Shown: positions 37,111 to 51,281, counted from the first letter of the whole stretch. The stretch: 63,911 bases of DNA, filler included, from Octopus bimaculoides (GCF_001194135.2; 8 parts of 7 records of this genome joined end to end with filler, not necessarily neighbours in it); one strand, 5' to 3'. Numbers and translations: made by a program. The notes: generated by a model not told the origin, from the letters alone.

Positions 37111-38859
37111 TCTTGGGTGGGCAGAGATATAAGAATGGGCTTCTTACAGTTTCTCTCTTCGAATTCACTCACAGTAACTTGGTCAGCTTGAAGGGCTCAA
37201 TCTAAAAGGTTCCTCCTTATATTTCATGTCACAGCACAAACCAACATTTTGGTTGGTTGAAGTGTTTAACACGATGAGAGTGTGATCGACACAATCATGT
37301 TTCTGTTGAAACCTCCAACTCTTGTTTCAATTAATTTTGAAAATAAGGAAGAATTTAGTAAAATAACTCCTGTCATTCGAGTATTTGGGATATAAACTAA
37401 ACATGAAATTTTGTTGAAATGTTTGAATTGAAATCCCTTTAAAACAGAAATATTTTTCTTTCATAAAATTAGAAGAATTGTATTAAAAGGGTCAATGAGA
37501 GTAGAATGGAATGGTTATCTTTTAAATTCTATTTTTCTTCACTGTTTTCATCCATTTTCATTTATTCCTTATCTCTAGACTAAAATTTGGTAAATAAAAT
37601 AGAAAAATGATCCCTTTTAGTCTGGAGTCTTTTGGGATGTTTTAAAATAACAAAATGAATCTACTTGAAATAAAAAAATTTTAAATCTTTCCAAAAATAT
37701 TTAAAAAAAAGCAAATATTTGTAAGTATTTCAAAGAGAGAGAGAGATGGGGAAGGGGTGTATTTCTTTGTCATCAAAACCAGTTTTTATAAGTGGCCAGG
37801 AGTATTTTTATGACAACCCAACACTGGAAGATATTGGACCATCAAAAATATAGTCAACAGCAGCAGCAGGGAAAGGTGGGTGGATGGGGGTGGGGAGGAG
37901 AAGAGGGAGAAGAAACTAAAAAAACTCTGTATTTCTGTGTGTGAAGGTATATATTGTCTAATGTGTGTGTGTGTGTGTTTGTCTTGCTTTTAACAACAGC
38001 TGAAGCTAACATCACCTGTTCCCATTAATCAGTTTTTTTTTTTTTAGCCCACACCCTTTTTTTATGTCTTTTCCTTTTGTATCATTATCATAACCAGACT
38101 ATTAGAGAAATCATCATCAGCACACACACCCCTCCCTCCCTCTCTCCTCCTCCTCCCTGTTAGGTGACATTTCCTTTTGGCAACAAACACTGAAATAAAG
38201 TAATAATAATAATAATNNNNNNNNNNNNNNNNNNNNNNNNNNNNNNNNNNNNNNNNNNNNNNNNNNNNNNNNNNNNNNNNNNNNNNNNNNNNNNNNNNNN
38301 NNNNNNNNNNNNNNNNNNNNNNNNNNNNNNNNNNNNNNNNNNNNNNNNNNNNNNNNNNNNNNNNNNNNNNNNNNNNNNNNNNNNNNNNNNNNNNNNNNNN
38401 NNNNNNNNNNNNNNNNNNNNNNNNNNNNNNNNNNNNNNNNNNNNNNNNNNNNNNNNNNNNNNNNNNNNNNNNNNNNNNNNNNNNNNNNNNNNNNNNNNNN
38501 NNNNNNNNNNNNNNNNNNNNNNNNNNNNNNNNNNNNNNNNNNNNNNNNNNNNNNNNNNNNNNNNNNNNNNNNNNNNNNNNNNNNNNNNNNNNNNNNNNNN
38601 NNNNNNNNNNNNNNNNNNNNNNNNNNNNNNNNNNNNNNNNNNNNNNNNNNNNNNNNNNNNNNNNNNNNNNNNNNNNNNNNNNNNNNNNNNNNNNNNNNNN
38701 NNNNNNNNNNNNNNNNNNNNNNNNNNNNNNNNNNNNNNNNNNNNNNNNNNNNNNNNNNNNNNNNNNNNNNNNNNNNNNNNNNNNNNNNNNNNNNNNNNNN
38801 NNNNNNNNNNNNNNNNNNNNNNNNNNNNNNNNNNNNNNNNNNNNNNNNNNNNNNNNNNA

Positions 38860-39345
38860 ATAAGGTGATTACATCGACCCCAGTACTCAGCTGGTACTTT
38901 ATTGACCCCAAAAGGATGAAAGGCAACGTTGACCATGGCAGAGTCTGAACTCAGAATGTAGCGATGGATGAAATACCACTAAGCATTTTGTCCAGCGTGC
39001 TAACGGTTCTGTCAGCACACATGGCCTTGATGACAAAATATTGCTTTCAAATTTTACCACAAGGGCAGCAATTTTGGGAGAGGGGATGTGTCAGTTATAT
39101 CAACTGGGACTTAATTTGCTGACCCTGAAAGGAAGAAAGACAAAATTGACCTCAGCGGAATTTGAACCCAGAATGTAAAGACGGACAAAATGCCACTCAG
39201 CATTTTTGTCTGCCATGCTAACAATTCTGCTAGCTCACTGCCTTGATGATGATGATGATAATGATAATAATAATAATAATAATAACAATAAATTCTACTA
39301 ATAGGCAAAAAGACTGAAATTTGAGGGGAGGGGACTTTAGTCAAC
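38860..39345 (-). mobile_element. Two tandem Nin-domain-like SINEs
   Basis: AAAGGATGAAAGGCAACGTTGACC and AAAATTGACCTCAGCGGAATTTGAACCCAG. Confidence 0.85.
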
Positions 39346-40269
39346 AACACAAATTCTCAGGCAATAAAAGGTAATTTTTCTGAAACAGATTTCACTGATA
39401 AACTGTGCCCTAATATCCTCAGAATGAATGCCTGCCTCCACAGCTCCCTAAAACTGCTTCACTCACACAAAAACAATACCTGCTGTCATTTTCCAATCAG
39501 TGACTGAATAGATTTCGTGACCGCATTTCCAGACAGCCTCCTCCCATCTATCTCTCCAATCTAGTGACTTCATCCTGACAACATCTTTTCTTCTTGCTCC
39601 CCATAAGAACTTTGCGACATTTGGCAGATAAGACAAAAAAATACATGTATGTGCGTGCGTGCGTGTGTGTGCATTTCCATATGAATGAGTAGCTGTGGTG
39701 GATTTTGTGTTGAGTACAAAGGGCTTTGTAGGTATAAAATATCAATGAAAACAAGCCCAGATACTGTCATTAAAGATTAGGGGGGAAATAGAATCCGTGA
39801 ATTAGTAGAAGTCTCTTGTTTGACAAAGAAAAAAAGGCTGAGAAACTATAATCAAAAGTTATAAAAACTGACAAATGAAGAGAGCAAAGAAATGTAAGAA
39901 TGGCAACTGAAATATTCCTGGTTATAGGAACAGAGATTGAGCAAGTCTGTTTATAGAAGTCTAACCATGAAGTGTGAAAGTTATGGCCCTGGTCAATGAG
40001 TATTTAGAAAATTGCTGATGATTGGAGAATGGTGAGGGTGTGTTAAATGTAAGAGCAAAGAGTGTGAAAAATATAGCCAAACCATGATGGGGATGCGAAA
40101 GAGTTGATAGAATTTGGGTTGGCAACAGTCCTAATATAACATTAGGTTATATTAGAGGAGAAACCTTCATTTCAAAAGACAACAGGAGTGGAACCTCAAG
40201 CAACTTCAGTTGAACAATTCTTAAGAGTTTGTCTAATCAATCTGGCACTAGAGAAACTGTACTGGTGAG

Positions 40270-40560
40270 TATGAGATCCTCACTTTTAACATGTTGAGCG
40301 TGAGAGACAGACATCTCTCTATCGGACAGACGAGCCTCCCATTGCGTAGAAGAGTAGCTGTCCATAAGGAACAAATAAACCTCCCTCAATACCGCCAAAT
40401 TCCACTCAGTGGCTACATAGACTCTTGCGCCAGAAATAAAAACCCTAAATTCATTATATTCCCTTTCTATCAATGTAAAGACAGAATCTCCACACAAGAA
40501 AGAATCAACAAGGAGAATCTTTTCATAGAGAAATTCCAACCATTTCTTAACACATACACC
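40270..40560 (+). mobile_element. Penelope-like GIY-YIG endonuclease remnant
   Basis: LSIGQTSLPLRRRVAVHKEQINLPQYRQIPLSGYIDSCARNKNPKFIIFPFYQC...RINKENLFIEKFQPFLN. Confidence 0.85.
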
Positions 40561-41917
40561 CCTCAGTGACCTTATTTCTCTATGAACAGACACAAACTTC
40601 CTGTTAAAAAAAAGAGTTCATAACTCCAACTAAAAACACTTGTCTCCCCTTACACACACTTCCTGTTTTGACACCACATTTCCTGCTTAACACAAACNNN
40701 NNNNNNNNNNNNNNNNNNNNNNNNNNNNNNNNNNNNNNNNNNNNNNNNNNNNNNNNNNNNNNNNNNNNNNNNNNNNNNNNNNNNNNNNNNNNNNNNNNNN
40801 NNNNNNNNNNNNNNNNNNNNNNNNNNNNNNNNNNNNNNNNNNNNNNNNNNNNNNNNNNNNNNNNNNNNNNNNNNNNNNNNNNNNNNNNNNNNNNNNNNNN
40901 NNNNNNNNNNNNNNNNNNNNNNNNNNNNNNNNNNNNNNNNNNNNNNNNNNNNNNNNNNNNNNNNNNNNNNNNNNNNNNNNNNNNNNNNNNNNNNNNNNNN
41001 NNNNNNNNNNNNNNNNNNNNNNNNNNNNNNNNNNNNNNNNNNNNNNNNNNNNNNNNNNNNNNNNNNNNNNNNNNNNNNNNNNNNNNNNNNNNNNNNNNNN
41101 NNNNNNNNNNNNNNNNNNATGAGAGAGAGAGAGAAAGTGTTGAGTTGTTGGCAGATAAGTTGGTCTTTTTTGGGAATGGATAAGTTGGATTGTTTTGGTG
41201 TAGATTAGGAGGGTGTCAATTCCCTTTTGATACCAACCCATCTGAAACCCTGGTTCTATGATAAAAGTTCCCGTTTTAAAGTGGTCTAGAATTTGCCATC
41301 AAAATTTCATACTAAATTTTGATGGAAACACCATCTTAATAATGACAAAATTATTTTTACAAACACTTCTTAAAAATTAATTGAAAAAAAAAAAAAAAGC
41401 ACCGTATTTCAACAGAATTTTTCTGAAAGAAACAGTTTTGTTTGTTTATTTTGCAAACACCAAATTTATGATAAAGTTGTTTCATTAAAACTGTCCAAAT
41501 TCTCAAATCTTCTAGAAGCCCATCGACATAGAGGAAGGGTGTTTCATTAGAAATACTGTCATGAAAGGGCTAAGGTTAAGAGAAAAAAAAAAAGCTGTTT
41601 GCGAAATATAAAAGTGTAACAGGAAATGGACATAGTTTTACTGCGGAGCAACAGGAAGTCCATTCAAGTAAAATAAACTACAATTACTGCAACAATGGAA
41701 TGATATTCTCAATATAATCATTCAAAGCTGATAATCCACTCTGTTGCTAATCCAAGTTTATTGTTTTGTGTATTCATTCATCTTCTTATCTTCTGAACCA
41801 AGGCACAAAGTGAGAAATTCAGAGTAGCAAGACAACAATAAACTCTGCCGTTGTATTGAGTACTCTTCTGTTTGTACATCCAGACTTTTATTTATATATA
41901 TGTGTGTGTGTGTGTGA

Positions 41918-42250
41918 AGGCGCATGGTTCAGTGGTCATGGCATTGGACTCACAATCATGGGGTAGTGAGTTTGATTCCTGCACTGGGCTGTGTTCTTGA
42001 GCAAGACACTTTATTTCACGTTGCTCCAGTTTACTCAGCTGTAGAAATGAGTTGTGATGTCACTGGTACCAGGCCCTATTGGCCCCTTTGCCTTTCTGTT
42101 GGATAACATCAGTGGCATGGACAGGAGAGACTGGTATGCATGGGCGATTGCTGGTCCTTTTGTAAACAACCTTGCCTGGACTTGTGCCTTGGAGGGGAAC
42201 TTTCTAGGTACAATCCCATGGTCCTTCATGACTGAAGGGGGTCTCAGCAT
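41918..42250 (+). mobile_element. tRNA-derived SINE with V-like core
   Basis: GGCGCATGGTTCAGTGG head; TGTGTTCTTGAGCAAGACACTTTATTTCACGTTGCTCCAG. Confidence 0.8.
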
Positions 42251-42472
42251 NNNNNNNNNNNNNNNNNNNNNNNNNNNNNNNNNNNNNNNNNNNNTTAATT
42301 AATTAANNNNNNNNNNNNNNNNNNNNNNNNNNNNNNNNNNNNNNNNNNNNTTCCTTCCTTCCCCCTCCCAAAAAGAAAAGCTCTACATTGTATTTGTCCC
42401 ATCTTCGTTGAGCCCTGTGTGGCTAATAAAAGAAATGTATATATCTATCTGTCTGTCTGTCTGTCTGTCCAT

Positions 42473-42518
<46 letters not shown>

Positions 42519-42604
42519 CTCTCTCTCTCTATATATATATATATAGACAGATAGATAGATAGACAGATAAATAGATAGATAAATAGATAGATAGNNNNNN
42601 NNNN

Positions 42605-42638
<34 letters not shown>

Positions 42639-42667
42639 CAGACAGATAGATAGATAGATAGACAGAC

Positions 42668-42732
<65 letters not shown>

Positions 42733-42799
42733 CATTATGATTACAACTCGGTTTGTGCCATGCTGTCCTCTGATGCTTTTCCTTTTAAATATGAGTAGC

Positions 42800-43050
42800 A
42801 CTCATGGTGTTTTTCATTCCTACTAAGGACACATTCTTTGGCGCAATTTGGCAATGATGGGCGCCTCTTGCGAGCGGTGTTTAGAAATCTCTCCAGCGAC
42901 GTTAATGCATCCCTTCATTTCGTTATGGAAGCTTTCATTGAGTGGTTTGACACTTTTGGTTATGAGTTACCACTGTGTGTGACACCTAACGTACAAACAA
43001 ATCAACCGATGCCTATGTCATGCATTTCTAAAGTTTAGAATAACGTATTC
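42800..43050 (-). mobile_element. Possible RTE reverse-transcriptase fragment
   Basis: ESFHNEMKGCINVAGEIS resembles RTE RSFHDGMxGxVxxxGxxS; the rest is poorly conserved. Confidence 0.35.
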
Positions 43051-43349
43051 CAGTCTCTGAACAATATATGCAACAGAGCTATATCTAATCCATAAAGGGG
43101 GCAAATCAAAGATTAGGGTTACCTCACCCTCAACGTTTGGATAGTTTTGGACTACATTGAAGTCAATCGCCCTTTGACAGGTTTTGTTTATCCTGCAGAA
43201 TTTCACTACGAAAATACTCTCCTCTCCAAGTAAATTTGGCAGGGTTTTCGATTTAGTCAGTCACAGCCCGATCAACTGATAGGTCAGGTTACATGTCACT
43301 AAGAGTGTATACACGCGCACATACGTACACTCACACATGCATGCATACA

Positions 43350-43399
<50 letters not shown>

Positions 43400-44235
43400 N
43401 NNNNNNNNNNNNNNNNNNNNNNNNNNNNNNNNNNNNNNNNNNNNNNNNNNNNNNNNNNNNNNNNNNNNNNNNNNNNNNNNNNNNNNNNNNNNNNNNNNNN
43501 NNNNNNNNNNNNNNNNNNNNNNNNNNNNNNNNNNNNNNNNNNNNNNNNNNNNNNNNNNNNNNNNNNNNNNNNNNNNNNNNNNNNNNNNNNNNNNNNNNNN
43601 NNNNNNNNNNNNNNNNNNNNNNNNNNNNNNNNNNNNNNNNNNNNNNNNNNNNNNNNNNNNNNNNNNNNNNNNNNNNNNNNNNNNNNNNNNNNNNNNNNNN
43701 NNNNNNNNNNNNNNNNNNNNNNNNNNNNNNNNNNNNNNNNNNNNNNNNNNNNNNNNNNNNNNNNNNNNNNNNNNNNNNNNNNNNNNNNNNNNNNNNNNNN
43801 NNNNNNNNNNNNNNNNNNNNNNNNNNNNNNNNNNNNNNNNNNNNNNNNNNNNNNNNNNNNNNNNNNNNNNNNNNNNNNNNNNNNNNNNNNNNNNNNNNNN
43901 NNNNNNNNNNNNNNNNNNNNNNNNNNNNNNNNNNNNNNNNNNNNNNNNNNNNNNNNNNNNNNNNNNNNNNNNNNNNNNNNNNNNNNNNNNNNNNNNNNNN
44001 NNNNNNNNNNNNNNNNNNNNNNNNNNNNNNNNNNNNNNNNNNNNNNNNNNNNNNNNNNNNNNNNNNNNNNNNNNNNNNNNNNNNNNNNNNNNNNNNNNNN
44101 NNNNNNNNNNNNNNNNNNNNNNNNNNNNNNNNNNNNNNNNNNNNNNNNNNNNNNNNNNNNNNNNNNNNNNNNNNNNNNNNNNNNNNNNNNNNNNNNNNNN
44201 NNNNNNNNNNNNNNNNNNNNNNNNNNNNNNNNNNN

Positions 44236-44303
<68 letters not shown>

Positions 44304-44705
44304 ACACACAAACGAACAAACACATGTGTGCATGCGTGCTTGTCTATGTATGTAAGCATCTATACGTGTGTGTGTGTGCAATACCCTCCTCTCACGTATG
44401 CTTTGTTTCTATGTATTTAACTGGAGCATTGACTTTAGGCTTTATGGCCTAAAAACAGTCTAAAGTTAGGAATGTACGAATAGAATGTTTCAAGACGCAG
44501 ATAGCAGTATGTGTCGACGCCTCGTGGCATGAACGTACTGAGCCAGTTTTGCGATTGACATTGTAATGTTTATCCAGACATTTTAATCTCAATGAAATCT
44601 TGAAATGTGCGCAGAAATATAGGTTTTGAAAATTGTGGAGCAGTCATTATCCGGAAACTAGGCCATTACACACACACAAACACACACACACACACACATA
44701 CACAC

Positions 44706-44738
<33 letters not shown>

Positions 44739-44924
44739 TACAGAGAGAGTGGGGAAGTGGAAGGCGAGGAAGGTACATTTTGTGTTGGCTGATATTTGTG
44801 GTACTTGAAAAGGTACTCAAGCAGAACTTTTTGTTGAGCATAATGACACATGCATTCATAAACATTAATGTACATGCATTTAGAAATATATGCACAGATA
44901 ATCTTATAAGTAGGCATAGCAGTT

Positions 44925-44955
<31 letters not shown>

Positions 44956-45139
44956 TATGGCTTAACATTATACATACATACGTGCATACATACTTACATA
45001 CATGCATGCACGCACACACATATATGCATGCATACATACATACTTACGTACATTATAACATGCATGTATACAGACACATACATACATGCATACATACATG
45101 CATACATACATACATACGTACATACATACATACATACAT

Positions 45140-45415
45140 ATACATGCCTCTGTGTGGCAACTTGGGCAAGGGTCTTCTACCAGTCTAGGGTGCACCAAAG
45201 TGAGTGGATTCGGTAGGCGAAAGTTGAAAGAAGCCCGACGTATGTAGATGTATGTATGTATGTATATATGTATGTATGTATGTATGTATATGTGCGTGTG
45301 TGTCTATTTGTATCTACTTTTGTGCTCCACCACAGCTTGACAACCGGTGTTAGTGTGTTTACGTCCCCGTAACGTAGCTGTCCGGCAAACAAGGCCAATC
45401 GAATAAGTAACACTA
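45140..45415 (+). mobile_element. Meta/MESC-like SINE
   Basis: CTTGGGCAAGGGTCTTCTAC...GAAAGTTGAAAGAAGCCCG...GTTTACGTCCCCGTAAC. Confidence 0.8.
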
Positions 45416-46037
45416 TAGTGTTATTCCATAGTCATAAATCCACTCAAGCATTGTAGGATGAGTTGACAAGAAGTCTGTGGAAGACTACAAGTAGAAGAGG
45501 TTTTGTGGTCAGGTGAGAGGCTTAACCTTACGTCGAGTTTAACTCCTTCCTGCATCTGATGTTCTTTAACTTTTGCGGAGTTCACTCAGTTGCAGACAGA
45601 CTTTTGAGCCAGGTTTTCATTCTGAGAACAACTCGTCCCTTCTTCTCACCTGTCTTTGAGAGTAGATCTGAAAGAGTTGAGAGATTTCCATTTTTCTCTC
45701 GTTGAAGTTTTAAATTTGTAACTATGCGCATATACACACACAAATATACATCAAAAACAGACACATCACACACATACACACACGTATACACACACACATA
45801 CACATAGTAACACAAAGGGAGGAATTTCGATTATCCTTACGTGTTGAGTCGTAATGCAAAATATATATTTTATTTTATATATATTTTTTGCATTAGCTAT
45901 ATATATATAAATGTATGAATGTATGTATGTATACATACATACACACACACACACAGCCCAGTCAAGATGGCATTTTCTTCATCTCCTATTCTTGTATTTG
46001 CACATATTTACAAAATGACATTATATTTTATGGATAA

Positions 46038-46088
46038 AGTCTTACAGCTGTTTCAGGGAAAATCCAATGTATCCCTTCATCGGAGACG
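46038..46088 (-). ncRNA. Type-I hammerhead ribozyme, left arm of the foldback
   Basis: GTCT-CCGATGA-AGGGA..TCCCT-GAAAC-AGCT-GTA-AGAC; helices I and II pair; palindromic helix III ACAGCTGT; U4C core variant. Confidence 0.75.
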
Positions 46089-46215
46089 GTAGTAATAGAA
46101 GAATGGATTATTACATCTATAAGAGGAGATTTGTAGTACTTCTTACTACAAATTTCCTCTTATTTACTACAAATCTCCTCTTATAGATGTAATAATCCAT
46201 TCTTCTACTACTACC

Positions 46216-46264
46216 GTCTCCGATGAAGGGATACATTGGATTTTCCCTGAAACAGCTGAAAGAC
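46216..46264 (+). ncRNA. Type-I hammerhead ribozyme, right arm, cleavage triplet mutated
   Basis: Same as the left arm but GAAAC-AGCT-GAA-AGAC (GUA to GAA). Confidence 0.7.
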
Positions 46265-46470
46265 TTTATCCATAAAATATAATTCTAACTTTGCCATTGG
46301 TCTCTTTATCCTTTTCTTTCTTTATACATACACACGCTAATACACGGCCTATGTTATATTCTCCACTCATNNNNNNNNNNNNNNNNNNNNNNNNNNNNNN
46401 NNNNNNNNNNNNNNTTAATTAATTAANNNNNNNNNNNNNNNNNNNNNNNNNNNNNNNNNNNNNNNNNNNN

Positions 46471-46501
<31 letters not shown>

Positions 46502-46523
46502 AGCCTATTCATATATTTGCTAG

Positions 46524-46553
46524 TACGTGGTACCTAAATTGCTACAAGCCTGG
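46524..46553 (+). CDS. Candidate 30-nt symmetric microexon (YVVPKLLQAW or TWYLNCYKPG)
   Basis: TTTGCTAG acceptor and TGG|GTGAGT donor; two open frames; unverified. Confidence 0.2.
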
Positions 46554-47562
46554 GTGAGTGCTAATAATTTCACTGATATATTATTTCTCTTTGATCTTTT
46601 AATCAAGGGTAAATATTTATTTTCACGGTAAACATTTTTCATTCTTCATTCTCGAAATTATTCTCATTTCTTTACTACAAAGCTAGACAAACATTAATTT
46701 GTACAACTAATAACTACTGTTTATATTATTAATATACTAATGGCTGTGTTTATTTTATTTTTTGCATTAAAACATCGCATTACAATATTAATATATCAAT
46801 TAGTCTTTCTCTTTTGTTAATGGATATTGTCGTATTTAGGAATTTTAAAAAGGTTCGTTAATGAACATAATATCGAAAATTAGTTGAATATAATTTCCGT
46901 TGATTTCCTTATTTACTGACAAGAAATAAATTAATAAAGAACTATGGAAAAAATCACGCGATGTCGTCGGATTTTACCGGTAAAATTAATCATTTCTAAT
47001 TGAATCATAATTCAGCGAGTTTGAGGGAAGTGTTATTTAATTCCATCGAACTTAATTCTTGATTGATGCTTTAATTTAACGACATCGGAGGGATGAAAAT
47101 CTATGTTCACTCAGCGTCATTTGAACATAGAAAATATATGAAAAAAAAAAAAAACCGAAACCAGCCTGTCATGGCATTCCTTCACGTACTACAGATTTTT
47201 TTAATCCCTCAACACCGCTGGTAAAATAATGGCTTCAAATACTTGGATAAGTCCAGAATTTTTTTTGAGTTATGATGCATGTCGATTAGATTGGTTCCAG
47301 TACTCAAATAGTACTTAATTGATCGACCCCTAAAGAATAAAGGGCAATGTCGACCTCGGCAGCACTAGAACCCTGAAAATAAATAGCTGGAAGAAGCGTC
47401 GCTTAATATTTTCTCCGGCGCGGTAACTATTCAACGAGCTCACTAACATGAAATCAATTACATAATGATACTTCTATAAGTACAACGCATGAAATATATG
47501 CATATGCATGCTTGTATACACACACACACACACACACACATACACGCACACACACACACACG

Positions 47563-47594
<32 letters not shown>

Positions 47595-47601
47595 CATATA
47601 C

Positions 47602-47648
<47 letters not shown>

Positions 47649-47866
47649 TGTATATGTGTGTGCATAAATCGTTGTTTTCGGGCGGTTATAATACCTGTCA
47701 GTGTATATGTGTACAATTATGTGCTTTGACAACAACATTAGAAACTTTTAGCTCTTATTTCTAGCAATGTAGGTGTTTCTAAGACCCTAGTCATATTTAA
47801 TGACAATTATACTTTTCCCTTTTGGTAACACATCCCACTCTGCTGTCTATGTTACTTTTTGACTCA

Positions 47867-47901
<35 letters not shown>

Positions 47902-48399
47902 GCTAGTTGAGTTATCAGTTGGAATAACCGTCTAAGAGAAAAGAATTTCCGAAGATTAAGACTTCGATGATTAAGAATTATATTACATACAACTTAAGAG
48001 GAATGGCCACCAAAGTGGATTCCTAATGTGCTAAAGACAGACGGGAAATCGCCTTACCACAAAGAGTGTGTTCTCAAGAAAATTTCAGCAAACGTCAGAA
48101 TGCAAAAATGAGAAAGACAAATGATAATATACGAAATAAAAAACAATTACCTACGTACCAAGGTTTTCTTTGTTAATATTACCGAATGTAAATATCTGCA
48201 AACTTCTCAGTGTAGTCTGTCGCTTACAAAACACACTTTCCAGAACTAGACACAGGGCGCTCACCCGAAAGTGAGCATGTATAAAGTTCTGCACACACGC
48301 ACACACACACATATACGCACACATATATACACACACAGAGACACACACAGAAATAAAATATTCATGTTTGTGTTTGCTGGTGTGTTTTAAAGACACAGA

Positions 48400-48720
48400 A
48401 TCCTCAGCGTGGTTAGCGGGTTGGATTGTACGCTTCAGGTCATTCCTTATATCTGCATTCTGAGTTCAAACCCAACCGTTGTCAAATTTATCTTTGTCTT
48501 TCCACTTTTCGGAGTCGATAAATAAATATCACTCCAGGAAATGTGTGAGGTGGAATTTTTAACGCGTTCGAAAAGATGACATTATCTGTTCTCGCCCTCT
48601 GTATTCTGAGTTCAAATATAAGATACAGAAAAATTCCGTCACTTATAGACAATGACAATTCTACCAAGTTTTGCAATCGACAGGTAGCATCAGCAGGTTC
48701 GAAAACCAATCAAATCGTAG
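48400..48720 (+). mobile_element. Two degenerate tandem Nin-like SINEs
   Basis: TTCTGAGTTCAAA box B occurs twice; CTTTCCACTTTTCGGAGTCGATAAA. Confidence 0.6.
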
Positions 48721-49598
48721 TTTGCTTGGTTCGATGAGACGATTGACTTCTATGATTTATATGGATGTGTATGTGCGTGAGTGAATGTCAGTGAGTGTGT
48801 GTCTGAATGAGTGTTTGTGTGAGTGTATGTGTGTGTGTGAGTATATTGGGAAAGATAAATGCTAGCTAGTTTAATGGAACGTTGCTATAAAACTAATGCT
48901 TCTTGGAATTAGATTCAGCAAAACTGGAGAAGAATGAAACGCAAAAAAAAAGATAAAATAATAAGTAATAAGGTAAAAATAAAAATAAAATTATTTCACT
49001 GAAAAAAAGAAGACTTTTGAGAAATAATATGAGAAACAAAAAGTAGAATATTCCAATTGAGCGATCATGATTGAGTTTCGATTTAGATGTGGATCAGTCA
49101 TTCGTGTATGCATAATTATATATCGATTGAGAGACGAGAAAAAGCAGGAGACAGGGGAAAAAAGCTGTGGCAATAATAATGTGATGACATTGAAACATTA
49201 AGAAAAGCAACGATGACAAACCTGGAAACAACGATAACACACACACACACACACACAGAGAAAAAGAAGAGAGAAGCAAACAGGAAAATAAAATAGGGAG
49301 GAAAACATCAATGATAACGATATCAACAACAATAATCATCACAATTCGAAGAACAATAATAATGAGAGCCACGAATCATCCGTCGATCGTATATATGAGA
49401 GAAGTAATAAAATGAAAAAAAAAAAACAAAAAAAAAACGTAAGAACATCAGGAGAAAAAGATAGAAGAATATAACAAGGTAATGTATCAAATCATAATCA
49501 ACAATGTAGATTTACATGATGGTAAAGTAATGACAGAGCAGTTGTAATATTTTGGTAATTTGTCAGAAAGAAATTTCTTGTCAAAAGTAATAAAAGTA

Positions 49599-49639
<41 letters not shown>

Positions 49640-50041
49640 AATAATAATAATAATAAGGATCATGATGTGAATAATAATGATGATGATGATGATTCCAATA
49701 ATAATAATAATAATGATGATGATGATAAAAAAATAATGATAATAGAAGGTATATGTTTAGAGACACTCGCATAAAAATATGAATATACAAGAATTCGTTT
49801 ATCTACACATATGCATCTATATTCATGTAAATATGTATTTCAATATGCGTGTCTATGCTTGTAAGAATAATAAATTTGTATATATATATATATATACGCA
49901 CGTGAATTCAAACGTACACACACACATATCTAATAAAATTATGTATGAATATATATGTGCATATATTTGCATCTATCTATCGACCTACCAACCTGTAAAT
50001 CTATGTATGTATGTATGTATGTATGTATGTATGTATGTATG

Positions 50042-50089
<48 letters not shown>

Positions 50090-50398
50090 CCCGAAATTGT
50101 GGTGGAGGGGACCAGTCGATTGGATCGACCCCAGTACGCAACTTATACTTATACTTAATTTATAGACCTCGAAAGGATGAAAGGCAAAGTCGACCTCGGC
50201 GGAATTTGAACTCAGAACGTAAAAACAAACGTTCCTGCCAGCTCGCCACCTTCACAATAACATATCCTTTTCTACTGAAGTCCTTGAAATTTTGGAGGAG
50301 GGGGACTAGTTCATTACATCGATCCCAGTGTTTCACTGGTACTTAATTTCATCGACTCCGAAAGAATGAAAAGCAAAGTCAACCTCGGCGGAATTTGA
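50090..50398 (-). mobile_element. Two tandem Nin-domain-like SINEs
   Basis: GAAAGGATGAAAGGCAAAGTCGACCTCGGCGGAATTTGAACTCAGAACG. Confidence 0.9.
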
Positions 50399-50586
50399 NN
50401 NNNNNNNNNNNNNNNNNNNNNNNNNNNNNNNNNNNNNNNNNNNNNNNNNNNNNNNNNNNNNNNNNNNNNNNNNNNNNNNNNNNNNNNNNNNNNNNNNNNN
50501 NNNNNNNNNNNNNNNNNNNNNNNNNNNNNNNNNNNNNNNNNNNNNNNNNNNNNNNNNNNNNNNNNNNNNNNNNNNNNNNNNNNNNN

Positions 50587-50659
<73 letters not shown>

Positions 50660-51232
50660 TTACTGTATTTATGAGCAGATTTATAGGTTTTGGCGAACAC
50701 TGTATCTTAGAAATGTAAATATGTCGTTGCGTAAAATAAATCCCTAGGCTACTTATGTTTAATGCTTTTCTTTTGAAATGTCATTGGCCACCAAGCTTCA
50801 CATTCAGATTTCCGCGGCAATGTTGCTGTCAAATCTACTATACAATGTATTAATTACCTCAAATACACAGATTTGCCTATACACGCATTCTTGGAAATTT
50901 TTATGGTTCTGATTCGCTAAACTACTGTGCTACTATCTTACTACAGAATATATCTATAGATTTTAGTCAACGCAGTATGCAGAGAGAGTGGTGAGCATCA
51001 CATTTTCAGATAAACTATCACCATTCTTTACATCTTGAAGTTGATTTGGGATGTTTGTTTGATCGCTTATATTCACGCTGATACGGTATATAAGGATGAT
51101 GTCTTTTATTCTGATGAGGCAACATTGGGCGCTTCTTACAGTAAATGTTCAGAAAGCTAACCATGTACGCTGACACATGTCATCATTTCTCCATGGAAAT
51201 TTCCCTTGACTGTTTCATATGTACATTATATA

Positions 51233-51281
<49 letters not shown>

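Noticed and set aside
43190-43245. KFTWRGEYF resembling DNA polymerase epsilon WQWRGE
   Set aside because: Short match followed by a stop; the neighbourhood looks LINE-derived
45656-45701. Possible 18-nt minus-strand microexon ATCTACTCTCAAAGACAG
   Set aside because: Splice signals are plausible, but several competing chance sites lie on both strands and there is no supporting context
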